From contig JAHJEG010000040.1 of the NCBI GenBank assembly GCA_018825665.1, positions 14,897 through 78,896 of the forward strand: a stretch of 64,000 nt of DNA, read 5' to 3'. Shown piece after piece: positions 9,922 to 18,823 of this stretch (the stretch's first letter is position 1; every line of letters begins with the position of its first letter). The stretch is from a bacterium (GTDB taxonomy: Bacteria > Campylobacterota > Campylobacteria > Campylobacterales > Sulfurimonadaceae). The notes beneath the pieces are model-generated. The model saw only the letters and a list, made by a program, of their open reading frames with translations. It searched no databases and was not told where the DNA came from. A program made the position numbers and the translations under genes.

Positions 9922-10395
9922 CTAGGCGGTCAGCTGGTAATACCTGTCGTTTGAGAGATAGGTGTTTACCATGGTGTGGCGGATGTTTTTTTCTTTTAAG
10001 TCTTGAATATCTTTAGGCAGTTTTTTGTCTATTTTTGGTGTCTGATCGAGTGTCGGGTTTGCTTTTAAAAAGAGCGAAAATATCTTTGAGTTTTCCGTAT
10101 AAGCTTTTTGCGCATTTTGCAGGGTCTTGTGCTGTGTAAACTCTTTTGTCTTTTGTTCTATATCTTTTTGGGTGTTTTGAGCTTCTTTTTTTTGTAGCTC
10201 AAGTTTATGCCAAAAGGCGCTTTTCTTAGCTATATAGTCCACAGGCAAATGGATGGCGTCAGTGAACGAGAGGGTTTGTTTTTCACTCAGCCCAGAGCCA
10301 AAAGAGGGCTCTTTTTTCACTTTTTGGGAATCTGCCCCATCATTTCTGGCAGAACTATTCGTATTGATATAAGTGCTATAAGATGATACAAACAC
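9922..10395 (-). CDS. Hypothetical protein (157 aa, Lys/Gln-rich)
   Basis: GTG start preceded by a GAGAGGGG Shine-Dalgarno. Convergent with 9132..9920, with a 1-nt gap. No recognisable domain. Confidence 0.45.
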   Translation of the reverse strand: MFVSSYSTYINTNSSARNDGADSQKVKKEPSFGSGLSEKQTLSFTDAIHLPVDYIAKKSAFWHKLELQKKEAQNTQKDIEQKTKEFTQHKTLQNAQKAYTENSKIFSLFLKANPTLDQTPKIDKKLPKDIQDLKEKNIRHTMVNTYLSNDRYYQLTA

Positions 10396-10499
10396 GGTAT
10401 TTTCCCCTCTCTAATTTAGTGCATTATAAATCAAATCTACTTTATCTTATATAAAAAAATTAAACGCATCTATGCTACTATTGGGCAAAAAAGGGATTT

Positions 10500-13031
10500 A
10501 TGAGTTATTTAAAGTTATATGTTTTACTGTTATTGTTTGCTTCGACTGTAAGTTATGCCGGCTCTGAGGCATTGGAAAAAGTCAAGTTTCAGCTGCAATG
10601 GAAACATCAGTTTGAGTTTGCAGGTTTTTATGCGGCAAAAGAGAAAGGGTATTACAAGGATGCAGGACTCGATGTTGAATTTGTCGAATACGACAAAGAA
10701 ACGAATATCCTTAAAGAGGTTCTGTACGGCAGAGCGCACTATGGTGTTTTGTACTCATCTATCATAGCTGATTATCTCAACAATGAACCCGTCGTCTTTT
10801 TGGCAAATTTTTTCAAACAGTCCCCTTTGGTTTTGGTGACACAAAAGGGTATCAGCAGTCCTGCAGATTTGAAGGGCAAGGTGGTCATGGGCGTTTCGGA
10901 TGACATTCAAAATATCACCCTTTTGAGTATGCTAAGCAAGTTCGACGTAAAACTCAAAGACCTCACTACGGTACAGGCCACCTTTAACAACGATGATTTT
11001 ATAAATAAGAAAGTAGACGCAATGGCTGTTTTTACAACCAATGAAACCTATGAACTTAATAAGAAAGGGATTAAATACAATATTTTAGATCCTTTGGTCT
11101 ATGGACTGAAATATTATGATGTGAACCTTTTCACATCAAAAAGCGAATTGCAAAACCATCCGCAGCGAGTGAAAGGTTTCAGGGATGCCTCGATCAAAGG
11201 ATGGGAATATGCACTTTCTCACAAAGAAGAGATGATTGATCTGATCCTAGAAAAATATAATACGCAAAATAAAACAAAAGATGCTCTTCGTTTTGAGGCC
11301 CGTTTGATTGAACAGATTATGCTGCCAAATGTTTATCCTATCGGAAGTATCGATATCCAAAGGGTTAAGAGCATAGCAGAAAACCTTGTTCAATCAGGAT
11401 TTATTTCAGGGCCAAAAGATAAAAATTTGGAAGCACTGATTTATGACTATAAAAAAACACTCTTGGTATTGACAGAGAGTGAAAAAAAATATATCTCTGA
11501 AAAGAACTATATCCATATGTGTGTGGATCCCGCCTGGATGCCTTTTGAGAAGATTGAAAACTCTCATCATACCGGCATAGGCAAAGACTTTGTTGAGATA
11601 GCACATCAAGCTCTGGGACTTGAGATAAGACTTGTCCCGACATCGAGCTGGTCAGAATCGATTGCCTTTGCAAAAGAGCGCAAGTGCGATATCTTTTCTA
11701 TAACCGCACCGACAAAAAGCGGACTGGAATATATGCGTTTCACCTCTCCCTATCTCGAAGTGCCCCTTGTTATCGCAACTCAGCTGGACAAACCCTCTGT
11801 CATCAGTGTCGACTCTTTGGAAAATAAAAAAGTAGCTGTTGTAAAAGAATATGCACTTAAAGAAATCATTAAAGAAAAATATAAAAATCTGGAGATTGTA
11901 GAGGTTGAAAGTTTAGAAGAGGGTCTTAAAAAAGTACAGGAGGGAAAAGTATACGGAGTTGCAGACAGTTCCATCTCTATAGGTACTTTTTTTCAAAGCG
12001 GAAAATATCTGAATTTGAAGATAAGTGCGAGTTTTGATGAAAAACTGCCTCTTGGTTTTGCAATAAGAAATGATGATGCGGAACTTTTTAATCTTTTTCA
12101 AAAAGTTGTCGACAATATCAGCAAAGAACAAAAACATTCCATACTCAGTAACTGGTTTGCAATAAAAAATGAGAAAGGATTTGATTATGATCTACTTATA
12201 AAATTATCTTTGACAGGTGTTTTGGTGCTTTTGATTATTTTATACAGACAATATACAGTGGATAAAATAAATAAAGAACTTCAAAGAAAGATGCAGGAGG
12301 AACTGCTCAAATCAAACAATCAAACCAAGATGATCTTTCATCAAAGCAAGCTGATATCTATGGGAGAGATGCTCGAAAATATTGCGCATCAGTGGAGACA
12401 GCCTTTGGCCCAAATCAATTCGGCAGTATTGATTATAGATGATATGCTGTATGAAAAAAAGATAAAAAATATAAATATAGAGGAGAAACTACTGGAAATA
12501 GAGTCTTTGACAAGCTATATGTCAAAGACTATAGATGACTTCAAAAACTTTCTCAACAAAGAAAAGGAAAAAGAGCATTTCAATTTATCCGAACTGATCG
12601 AGAGGTCTGTTTATATCGTCAAGGGAACCCTCAAGGCCAATAATATCGAGATAAGTTGGGACTGTAATCAAGATATCTTATGCTACGGGTATCAAAATGA
12701 ACTTCAGCAGGTACTGGTAGTAATACTTAATAACGCAAAGGATGTATTTATAGCAAGAAATATATCCAATCCAAAAATAGAGATCTGCATTCAAAACGAT
12801 GATGGTCATTGTAAAATCAGTATCTGCGACAATGCAGGGGGAATAGAAGATGCATTTATTGATAAAATATTTGAACCCTATTTTACAACCAAGCACAAGT
12901 CACAGGGTACGGGACTCGGACTTTATATCTCCAAGATGATCATAGAAGAAAGCATGAATGGAGAACTTAATGTCAGTACATCCAAAAAGGGAACGTGTTT
13001 TTATATAACTATGAAGGAAAATCATGGATGA
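10500..13031 (+). CDS. Sensor histidine kinase with two tandem periplasmic solute-binding-protein-like domains
   Basis: Signal peptide, then an NMT1/THI5-like SBP region (KFQLQWKHQFEFAGFYAAKEKGYYKDAGLDVEF). A second SBP_bac_3-like region follows, then a TM helix, H-box ENIAHQWRQPL, and ATPase motifs NAGGI and GTGLGLYISK. Confidence 0.85.
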   Translation: MSYLKLYVLLLLFASTVSYAGSEALEKVKFQLQWKHQFEFAGFYAAKEKGYYKDAGLDVEFVEYDKETNILKEVLYGRAHYGVLYSSIIADYLNNEPVVFLANFFKQSPLVLVTQKGISSPADLKGKVVMGVSDDIQNITLLSMLSKFDVKLKDLTTVQATFNNDDFINKKVDAMAVFTTNETYELNKKGIKYNILDPLVYGLKYYDVNLFTSKSELQNHPQRVKGFRDASIKGWEYALSHKEEMIDLILEKYNTQNKTKDALRFEARLIEQIMLPNVYPIGSIDIQRVKSIAENLVQSGFISGPKDKNLEALIYDYKKTLLVLTESEKKYISEKNYIHMCVDPAWMPFEKIENSHHTGIGKDFVEIAHQALGLEIRLVPTSSWSESIAFAKERKCDIFSITAPTKSGLEYMRFTSPYLEVPLVIATQLDKPSVISVDSLENKKVAVVKEYALKEIIKEKYKNLEIVEVESLEEGLKKVQEGKVYGVADSSISIGTFFQSGKYLNLKISASFDEKLPLGFAIRNDDAELFNLFQKVVDNISKEQKHSILSNWFAIKNEKGFDYDLLIKLSLTGVLVLLIILYRQYTVDKINKELQRKMQEELLKSNNQTKMIFHQSKLISMGEMLENIAHQWRQPLAQINSAVLIIDDMLYEKKIKNINIEEKLLEIESLTSYMSKTIDDFKNFLNKEKEKEHFNLSELIERSVYIVKGTLKANNIEISWDCNQDILCYGYQNELQQVLVVILNNAKDVFIARNISNPKIEICIQNDDGHCKISICDNAGGIEDAFIDKIFEPYFTTKHKSQGTGLGLYISKMIIEESMNGELNVSTSKKGTCFYITMKENHG

Positions 13032-13716
13032 AAATTTAAAAAACCCATATGATATATTGTTTATTGATGATGAAGAGGCTTTAAGAAGCAATTATGTACA
13101 GTATTTGAAAAGATATTTCAGAAATGTGTATGAAGCCGGAGACGGGGAAACTGCATATAAAATATATCAGGAAAAAAGACCTCAAATCATGCTCGTGGAT
13201 ATAAATATTCCAAGATTAAACGGTATTGATTTAATGAAAAAAATCAGAAAGACAGACCATAGCGTAAAAGCTATAATGCTTACGGCCCACTCCAATAACA
13301 GCTATCTGCTTCAGGCAATAGAGTTGAAACTGACCAAATATTTGCTCAAACCCATCAGCAGGAAAGAGCTCAATAGCGGACTTGATCTTGTCCTGCAGGA
13401 ATTGTCACAGTTTGATATATCGCCGAAGAAAATAGTAGTTTTAAAGGAAAACTTCATTTGGAACTATGATATGCAGGAGTTGCTCCATTTTAATAACTCG
13501 GTACTTCTGACGAATAAAGAGAGAAAAATACTAGTACTGCTGTTTTCTGCTCCCAAGAGTATTTTTTCGTATGATGAGATTATTCTGGATGTCTGGTACG
13601 ATTACGATGAAGATAAGATCAACGCACTAAAGACAATAATAAAAAATTTGAGAAAGAAACTGCCAAAGGATACAATTAAAAATATTTTTGGAATCGGCTA
13701 CAAGATAGAGATATAA
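13024..13716 (+). CDS. Response regulator, REC plus winged-helix DNA-binding domain
   Basis: Overlaps the kinase stop by 8 nt. REC acidic pocket FIDDEE and phospho-acceptor MLVDINIP. C-terminal Trans_reg_C-like region ends IFGIGYKIEI. Confidence 0.85.
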   Translation: MDENLKNPYDILFIDDEEALRSNYVQYLKRYFRNVYEAGDGETAYKIYQEKRPQIMLVDINIPRLNGIDLMKKIRKTDHSVKAIMLTAHSNNSYLLQAIELKLTKYLLKPISRKELNSGLDLVLQELSQFDISPKKIVVLKENFIWNYDMQELLHFNNSVLLTNKERKILVLLFSAPKSIFSYDEIILDVWYDYDEDKINALKTIIKNLRKKLPKDTIKNIFGIGYKIEI

Positions 13717-13785
13717 ATGGTGGAAAAAAGAATACTTTTTATACCATAACGGTTATTGTGTGAAACCAAATTGTAACCCACATTT

Positions 13786-13794
13786 TGCTAGAAT
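13786..13794 (+). promoter_or_regulatory. Extended -10 promoter element TGCTAGAAT upstream of the second two-component operon
   Basis: The same 9-mer as upstream of mfd. It lies 30 nt before the ATG at 13824. Confidence 0.4.
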
Positions 13795-13823
13795 AATAAA
13801 AACAATTTTGCAAGGCTTGACAC

Positions 13824-14498
13824 ATGGGTGCTAACATCGTTATCGTCGAAGATGAAGAAGATTTACTTGAGCTTATAGAGTACAGTCTCTCAAAAGAGGG
13901 ATTTGAGACTATCGGCTTTTTAAACACAAAAACAGTTTCTCAGATACTTGAAGAAGAGGACATAGATCTGCTTATCATGGACAGGAACCTTCCTGGCGTC
14001 GAGGGAAGTGAGTTTGTCGCCAAGCTTCGTGAAGAGGGGATAGTAACGCCTGTGATATATCTGAGTGCAAAGAACAGGGATTCTGACATAGAAGAGGGCT
14101 TCATGCGCGGGGGCGATGACTATATAACAAAGCCGTTTAATATGAAAGAGTTGATCTTGAGAATAAAAGCCATTTTAAGAAGAACGACCAAAAAACATAA
14201 TGAGGGCAAACTAAGCCACAGAGACCTGATTCTTGACAAAAGTACGAGAACACTTACCGTAGATGGAAAAAACGTTGATATAACAAAACTGGAGTTTGAT
14301 TTACTCTATGAGTTTATTATGAATAAAAACAGCGTACTCGAACGTGACTATCTTTTGGAAAATGTGTGGAACGATTCTGAGATGTACCAGTACAGGACGG
14401 TAAATGTAGCCATCAACCGTCTAAAAGAGAAGATAGATCCGGATAAGACGAAGGATTATATTCAAACAGTTCGTGGAGTAGGGTACAAACTGTGTTAA
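13824..14498 (+). CDS. OmpR/PhoB-family response regulator
   Basis: IVIVEDEEDL, LLIMDRNLPGVEG and YITKPF motifs. Winged helix ends TVRGVGYKL. Confidence 0.9.
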   Translation: MGANIVIVEDEEDLLELIEYSLSKEGFETIGFLNTKTVSQILEEEDIDLLIMDRNLPGVEGSEFVAKLREEGIVTPVIYLSAKNRDSDIEEGFMRGGDDYITKPFNMKELILRIKAILRRTTKKHNEGKLSHRDLILDKSTRTLTVDGKNVDITKLEFDLLYEFIMNKNSVLERDYLLENVWNDSEMYQYRTVNVAINRLKEKIDPDKTKDYIQTVRGVGYKLC

Positions 14499-15886
14499 AA
14501 ATACATCAGATATTTATCTTAAAGTTTGTACTGCTTTTTGCAAGTGCACTTCTTATCTCATCGATCATCAGTTATGTAGCGCTGAAGTCTATTATTATAG
14601 ACCACAACAAACGACACTTGGAAAATGCGATAACACTTATGCAGATGACATTAAAAGATATTCAGGATCTTGATACATATGTACAAAAGGTAAAAGAGAC
14701 CACAGGCTTAAGAGTTACTATAATCAATAGTGAAGGTCTGGTTATCGCCGAGTCCAATACCGATAAAGCAGAGATGGACAATCACGCAAACAGATATGAG
14801 ATTATGCAAGCCAACAAAGAGAATTTTTCGCATATTACCAGATATTCAAACACTTTAAAAGTGGATTTTTTATATGTCGCAAAAAAAGGTGTTTACAAGG
14901 ACAAAAATATCTATATACGGCTTTCCATGAGTCTAGGGCAGATTATGAGTGATTTTTACTCTTTATGGTCAAGGCTGGCGCTTGTATTTTTTGGAATCAT
15001 CCTTATCTCATTTTACATCTCAAAGAAGATGAGCGAGAGAATCGTTTACGATATAGAACAGATCACAAAATACCTTGATGAGATATCCAATAAAAACTAT
15101 AAAGCGGTGATAAAGACAAAATATTTTTATGAGTTTTTGCAAATCTCTTTAATGCTGAAAAATCTTGTAAAAAAACTAAGTAACCGTGAAAAACAAAAAC
15201 GAAAATATACCGCAAAACTAAGACTTATGAACAAGCAAAGAAACGACATTCTCTCTGCTATCTCCCATGAGTTTAAAAACCCTGTTGCTTCTATAATAGG
15301 ATACGCACAAACACTTGAGGACGACCCTGATATAAACCCGAAAATTCGTACAAAATTTTTAAGTAAAATAAGCTCAAACGGAGACAAGATCTCCAAGATG
15401 CTTGACAGACTGGCTCTTTCGGTCAAACTTGAAAACAATGATCTGAAGATACATTCTAATGAGTTTGACTTAAAAACTCTGTGTGAAGAAGTGGTCACAA
15501 ACTTATCCCTAAAGTATAAGGACAGAGATATCAACGTGGATGCCAAAAGCACCGTAATCATTGCAGATAAAACGATGATAGAACTGGTGTTGGTCAACCT
15601 GATTGATAATGCCCTTAAATATTCTCAGGTCGATGTGGATGTTGTCATAGACGGTGCCAATGTCTTTGTAAAAGATAAGGGTATCGGCATAAAAGAGGAA
15701 CATCTCGATCACGTAAGTGCCAAGTTTTACAGGGTCCAAAAAAACACATGGGATAATTCAATGGGCATAGGCTTGGCGATGGTCAGCTATATATTAAAAG
15801 CCCATAATACATCTCTCAAGATAGAATCAGAATTGGCAAAGGGCTCAACCTTTAGTTTCAGTGTAGAAAATCTGCTAAAAAAATAA
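14492..15886 (+). CDS. PhoR/EnvZ-type sensor histidine kinase
   Basis: GTG start overlapping the regulator stop by 7 nt. Two TM helices flank a periplasmic domain. H-box SAISHEFKNPVASI. N box LIDNALKYS. G boxes DKGIGI and GIGLAMV. Confidence 0.85.
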   Translation: MLKIHQIFILKFVLLFASALLISSIISYVALKSIIIDHNKRHLENAITLMQMTLKDIQDLDTYVQKVKETTGLRVTIINSEGLVIAESNTDKAEMDNHANRYEIMQANKENFSHITRYSNTLKVDFLYVAKKGVYKDKNIYIRLSMSLGQIMSDFYSLWSRLALVFFGIILISFYISKKMSERIVYDIEQITKYLDEISNKNYKAVIKTKYFYEFLQISLMLKNLVKKLSNREKQKRKYTAKLRLMNKQRNDILSAISHEFKNPVASIIGYAQTLEDDPDINPKIRTKFLSKISSNGDKISKMLDRLALSVKLENNDLKIHSNEFDLKTLCEEVVTNLSLKYKDRDINVDAKSTVIIADKTMIELVLVNLIDNALKYSQVDVDVVIDGANVFVKDKGIGIKEEHLDHVSAKFYRVQKNTWDNSMGIGLAMVSYILKAHNTSLKIESELAKGSTFSFSVENLLKK

Positions 15887-15957
15887 CAGGATGCAATATT
15901 TTTGTATCTGGCTTTTTGCATGTGTTATATTTCTGCTATTCAACAGCAGGAATAGCA

Positions 15958-16170
15958 ATGAGAGATTTTCACTCTATCATAGAAGCATTAAAGCTTCATA
16001 TAGCAGGTAAAAAAAATATCAGGATTTTAGATAAGGACGTGGCCTTTGCCCTTGGAATCTCACAGGCAAATTTCGCAACTATCAAAAGGAGAAATTCAAC
16101 TCCCTATGAGAGTATTTTACAGTTTTGTCAAAGAGAAAAACTTTGTTGCAGTGAGATCTTTTTTGAGTAG
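15958..16170 (+). CDS. Small helix-turn-helix protein (phage CI-repressor-like HTH)
   Basis: The ORF track gives a TTG-type start at 15916; I prefer the ATG at 15958. DKDVAFALGISQANFATIKRRNSTPYESILQF resembles the CI-repressor N-terminal HTH pattern. Confidence 0.5.
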   Translation: MRDFHSIIEALKLHIAGKKNIRILDKDVAFALGISQANFATIKRRNSTPYESILQFCQREKLCCSEIFFE

Positions 16171-16173
16171 GAG

Positions 16174-17922
16174 CTAAATCTTTGACTGAATGGTGACCTT
16201 ATTCGCCTCAAACATTTCGATGGCTTTTTGAACCATGGGCTCATCGGTTATGTCTATTCCGTTAAACTCTTTTGTGGATTCATCACTCTGTGAGCATCCC
16301 GTTACACAGCTGGCACTTCCTCCAATCTCGGCATCTTCTATCATAGAAGTGCCTTGCGGCTCCTGCATGGAAGGCTGCTGTATCTTGGATGGTATTTTTG
16401 TTATTTCATCATTTTTTTTTTCTTCTTCAGGAGCTTTTGTGCATGGAAGCCCTTTTATCTTTGTAGAAAACCCGAACACTTCTCTTACAAGCTGTTTTAT
16501 AACTGAATAGCCGTGTTTGAGGGACTGTTTACACTCTGCATCAGCGCAACTCTCCCAGGAGAGGATAGCATCACTGTATGAGATAAAAGTGACGCTTTTT
16601 TCAAAACAGCTGCCCAGCTCATAGTTTCGGTCTTTTATCCTCGCCGTCAAGTCATCAAACATATCCTGATGCGGGTGAGACTGGGGTTCTAAAACAGCAG
16701 GCAGTTCTTTGTCGGTTTCTGGAGTTTCCTGAGCTTCTTCTATTGCCTGAGGAGGTGTTTGTTCGGGTATCTCTTCTTGAGCGAGAGGGGCTGATGGTGT
16801 CTGCATGTTTGCAGTTTTGGGCTGCTGGGTGTTTATTTCAGGTCTTTTCATATTTTTTTGAAGGGACTCAATCATTTGATCCACCTCTTTTATCCGAAGC
16901 GCTTCAACCATCTTAAAGAAGATGAGTGAAAGCACGAAAGAACCGTCCGCATTAATGCTGAACAAGGATTTGGCATCACTTAAAATCCTGAAAAACCTGT
17001 CTAGTACAAGAGTTGAGAAAACCGCGTCTTGATTATACATCCTCTCCTTGAGATAGGCTATAAGCTCATCCGCAACCATCTCAGCCTCATAATCTTCCAA
17101 AAATTTTGTATATTTGACAATCTGGGCATAATCTTTTGCAAAAATTGCATTAAAGAGATCTGCGATAAATTTGGGATCAACTAGTCCCAGCATATCTGTA
17201 ACGGTTCTCACATCCACATGGTTCTTAGAATAGATTATGGCCTGGTCAAGAAGGGTAAGAGTGTCTCTGAGGCTCCCGTTTCCGCTTCTTGCAAGGATTT
17301 CAAGGGCATCGTTTTCGTATTCGATCTCTTCTAGACGAAGTATATGTGCGAGATGGTCAATAATCTTGTTTGTTGCTATATTTTTAAATCTGAAATGCTG
17401 TGTTCGGCTTAGTATAGTAGCCGGCAGTTTTAGAGGATCTGTCGTTGCCAGGATGAATTTTACATAAGCAGGCGGCTCTTCAAGCGTTTTTAGAAGTGCG
17501 TTAAAAGCCTCTTTTGTAAGCATGTGGACTTCATCGATAATAAAGATTTTGAATCGTGCCGAGGCCGGTTTGTATTTTGTCTGTTCGATAAGGTCTCTTA
17601 TATCGTCTATCTTTCTCGAAGAAGCCGCATCCATCTCAACAATATCCATATGGCGACCCTCAAGAGCCATTATACAGTTTTGGCAAATCCCGCAGGGCTG
17701 GTGTGTTACGCCTTTTTCGCAGATAAGAGCCTTGGCAAAGATACGTGCAGTGGAGGTCTTGCCGCTTCCACGAAGACCGGAAAAAAGATAGGCGTGAGAG
17801 AGACGATTGGAATCAAGCGCCAGAGAGAGAGTTTGTGAAATCGTTTCTTGACCTATCAGTTCATCAAAGTTTGATGGTCTGTATTTTCTTGCTAAGACTT
17901 CTGAACTTGCTTTCACATGCAT
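16174..17922 (-). CDS. dnaX: DNA polymerase III subunit tau/gamma
   Basis: LARKYRPSNFDELIGQE, Walker A GLRGSGKTSTARIFAK, zinc module CGICQNC, Walker B FIIDEVHMLT, SRTQHF sensor motif. A Pro/Glu/Gln-rich linker precedes the C-terminal domain. Confidence 0.93.
   Translation of the reverse strand: MHVKASSEVLARKYRPSNFDELIGQETISQTLSLALDSNRLSHAYLFSGLRGSGKTSTARIFAKALICEKGVTHQPCGICQNCIMALEGRHMDIVEMDAASSRKIDDIRDLIEQTKYKPASARFKIFIIDEVHMLTKEAFNALLKTLEEPPAYVKFILATTDPLKLPATILSRTQHFRFKNIATNKIIDHLAHILRLEEIEYENDALEILARSGNGSLRDTLTLLDQAIIYSKNHVDVRTVTDMLGLVDPKFIADLFNAIFAKDYAQIVKYTKFLEDYEAEMVADELIAYLKERMYNQDAVFSTLVLDRFFRILSDAKSLFSINADGSFVLSLIFFKMVEALRIKEVDQMIESLQKNMKRPEINTQQPKTANMQTPSAPLAQEEIPEQTPPQAIEEAQETPETDKELPAVLEPQSHPHQDMFDDLTARIKDRNYELGSCFEKSVTFISYSDAILSWESCADAECKQSLKHGYSVIKQLVREVFGFSTKIKGLPCTKAPEEEKKNDEITKIPSKIQQPSMQEPQGTSMIEDAEIGGSASCVTGCSQSDESTKEFNGIDITDEPMVQKAIEMFEANKVTIQSKI
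16412..16421 (-). other. A10 homopolymer (slippery run) inside dnaX, with stops close by in both alternative frames
   Basis: Sense strand reads GAA GAA GAA AAA AAA AAT GAT GAA ATA. The -1 frame gives AAA AAA AAA TGA. The +1 frame gives AAA ATG ATG AAA TAA. Confidence 0.6.
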
Positions 17923-18194
17923 CTCCGTTTTTTATTAGATGGATTCTAGCATTTATAGAGTTAAAGTATTATCAAACTAAATTTCAGGGGTCTGAATTTT
18001 TGGATATCACTGCTCTTAAAAACAGGATCTATTTATTTGTTTTGATGATACATTATAGTAAATGTTTATTACTAAAAGTTACACATACCCTCATAAACAG
18101 TACCGATGAATCTTAACTTCGCATCTATTAAGATAAGTAATATGATAATTATTTTTGTTAATATTAATTTTTAATTTGATATTAAACATTAACA

Positions 18195-18773
18195 ATGGAC
18201 ATAATAATGAAAAATAAAATTTTACTGGGACTCCTTGTAGGCAGTCTTGCTATGAGCAGTGCGTCTGCGGATATGTATGTAGGAGTTGAATATGGTGTCG
18301 CTTCTAACACTGATAAGATAGAATCATCATCTGGCGGGAGTGCTGAACAGGACAATGCCTACAGTGATTTAAAACTAAAAATCGGCGGAGGAGAGGATGG
18401 AGGGATAAAAGCCCAAATCTCTTTATCTATGATTACATATGACAAGACTATTTTTGATTATACAAATAAAGATTTGGCGGAACTGGGCGTTGATATCATC
18501 AAAGAGTTTGAAGTGACAAAAGATATCTATCCGTTTTTAAAAGTAGGATTGGGGTATGGGTCTATGACTGTTGAAGGCTACGCTGAGGATAGTATTGCAG
18601 AGGTGTCTTTTAATTTTGGTGCAGGTGTATCGTATAAAGCAATGGAACATGTCTACCTTATCGCCGGGATAGATTTTATCGGCAGAACCTGGCAAGATAT
18701 ACAGGCCGTGTATACGTATTCAACAACGGGTTCGGCTACGAAACCGTATGTGGGTCTAAACTATCAATTCTAA
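18195..18773 (+). CDS. Small outer-membrane beta-barrel protein (OmpW/OmpA-barrel-like)
   Basis: Signal peptide (LLGLLVGSLAMSSASA), alternating hydrophobic beta-strand pattern, C-terminal YVGLNYQF ending in Phe. The start could be the ATG at 18207. Confidence 0.6.
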   Translation: MDIIMKNKILLGLLVGSLAMSSASADMYVGVEYGVASNTDKIESSSGGSAEQDNAYSDLKLKIGGGEDGGIKAQISLSMITYDKTIFDYTNKDLAELGVDIIKEFEVTKDIYPFLKVGLGYGSMTVEGYAEDSIAEVSFNFGAGVSYKAMEHVYLIAGIDFIGRTWQDIQAVYTYSTTGSATKPYVGLNYQF

Positions 18774-18788
18774 GCAATAAGATTGCGG

Positions 18789-18810
18789 GCCTGTCCAAGA
18801 TGAGACAGGC
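18789..18810. terminator. Hairpin between convergent genes (likely bidirectional terminator)
   Basis: GCCTGTC (18789-18795), 8-nt loop, GACAGGC (18804-18810), followed by T-rich sequence. Sits between the stop at 18773 (+) and the stop at 18824 (-). Confidence 0.5.
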
Positions 18811-18823
18811 TCATTTATCTTTA

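Noticed and set aside
13754-13779. Possible pho-box-like direct repeats (ATTGT...ATTGT, TGTGAAACC / TGTAACCC) upstream of the PhoB-like regulator
   Set aside because: The repeat spacing is 13-15 nt, not the 11-nt periodicity of OmpR/PhoB-type boxes. The match is short and could arise by chance in AT-rich DNA.
17923-18194. 272-nt intergenic region upstream of dnaX, checked for an SRP (4.5S/ffs) RNA or other structured RNA, since ffs often precedes dnaX
   Set aside because: The region is very AT-rich. It lacks the GC-rich helix and conserved domain IV-type sequence expected for SRP RNA. It looks like divergent promoter DNA.
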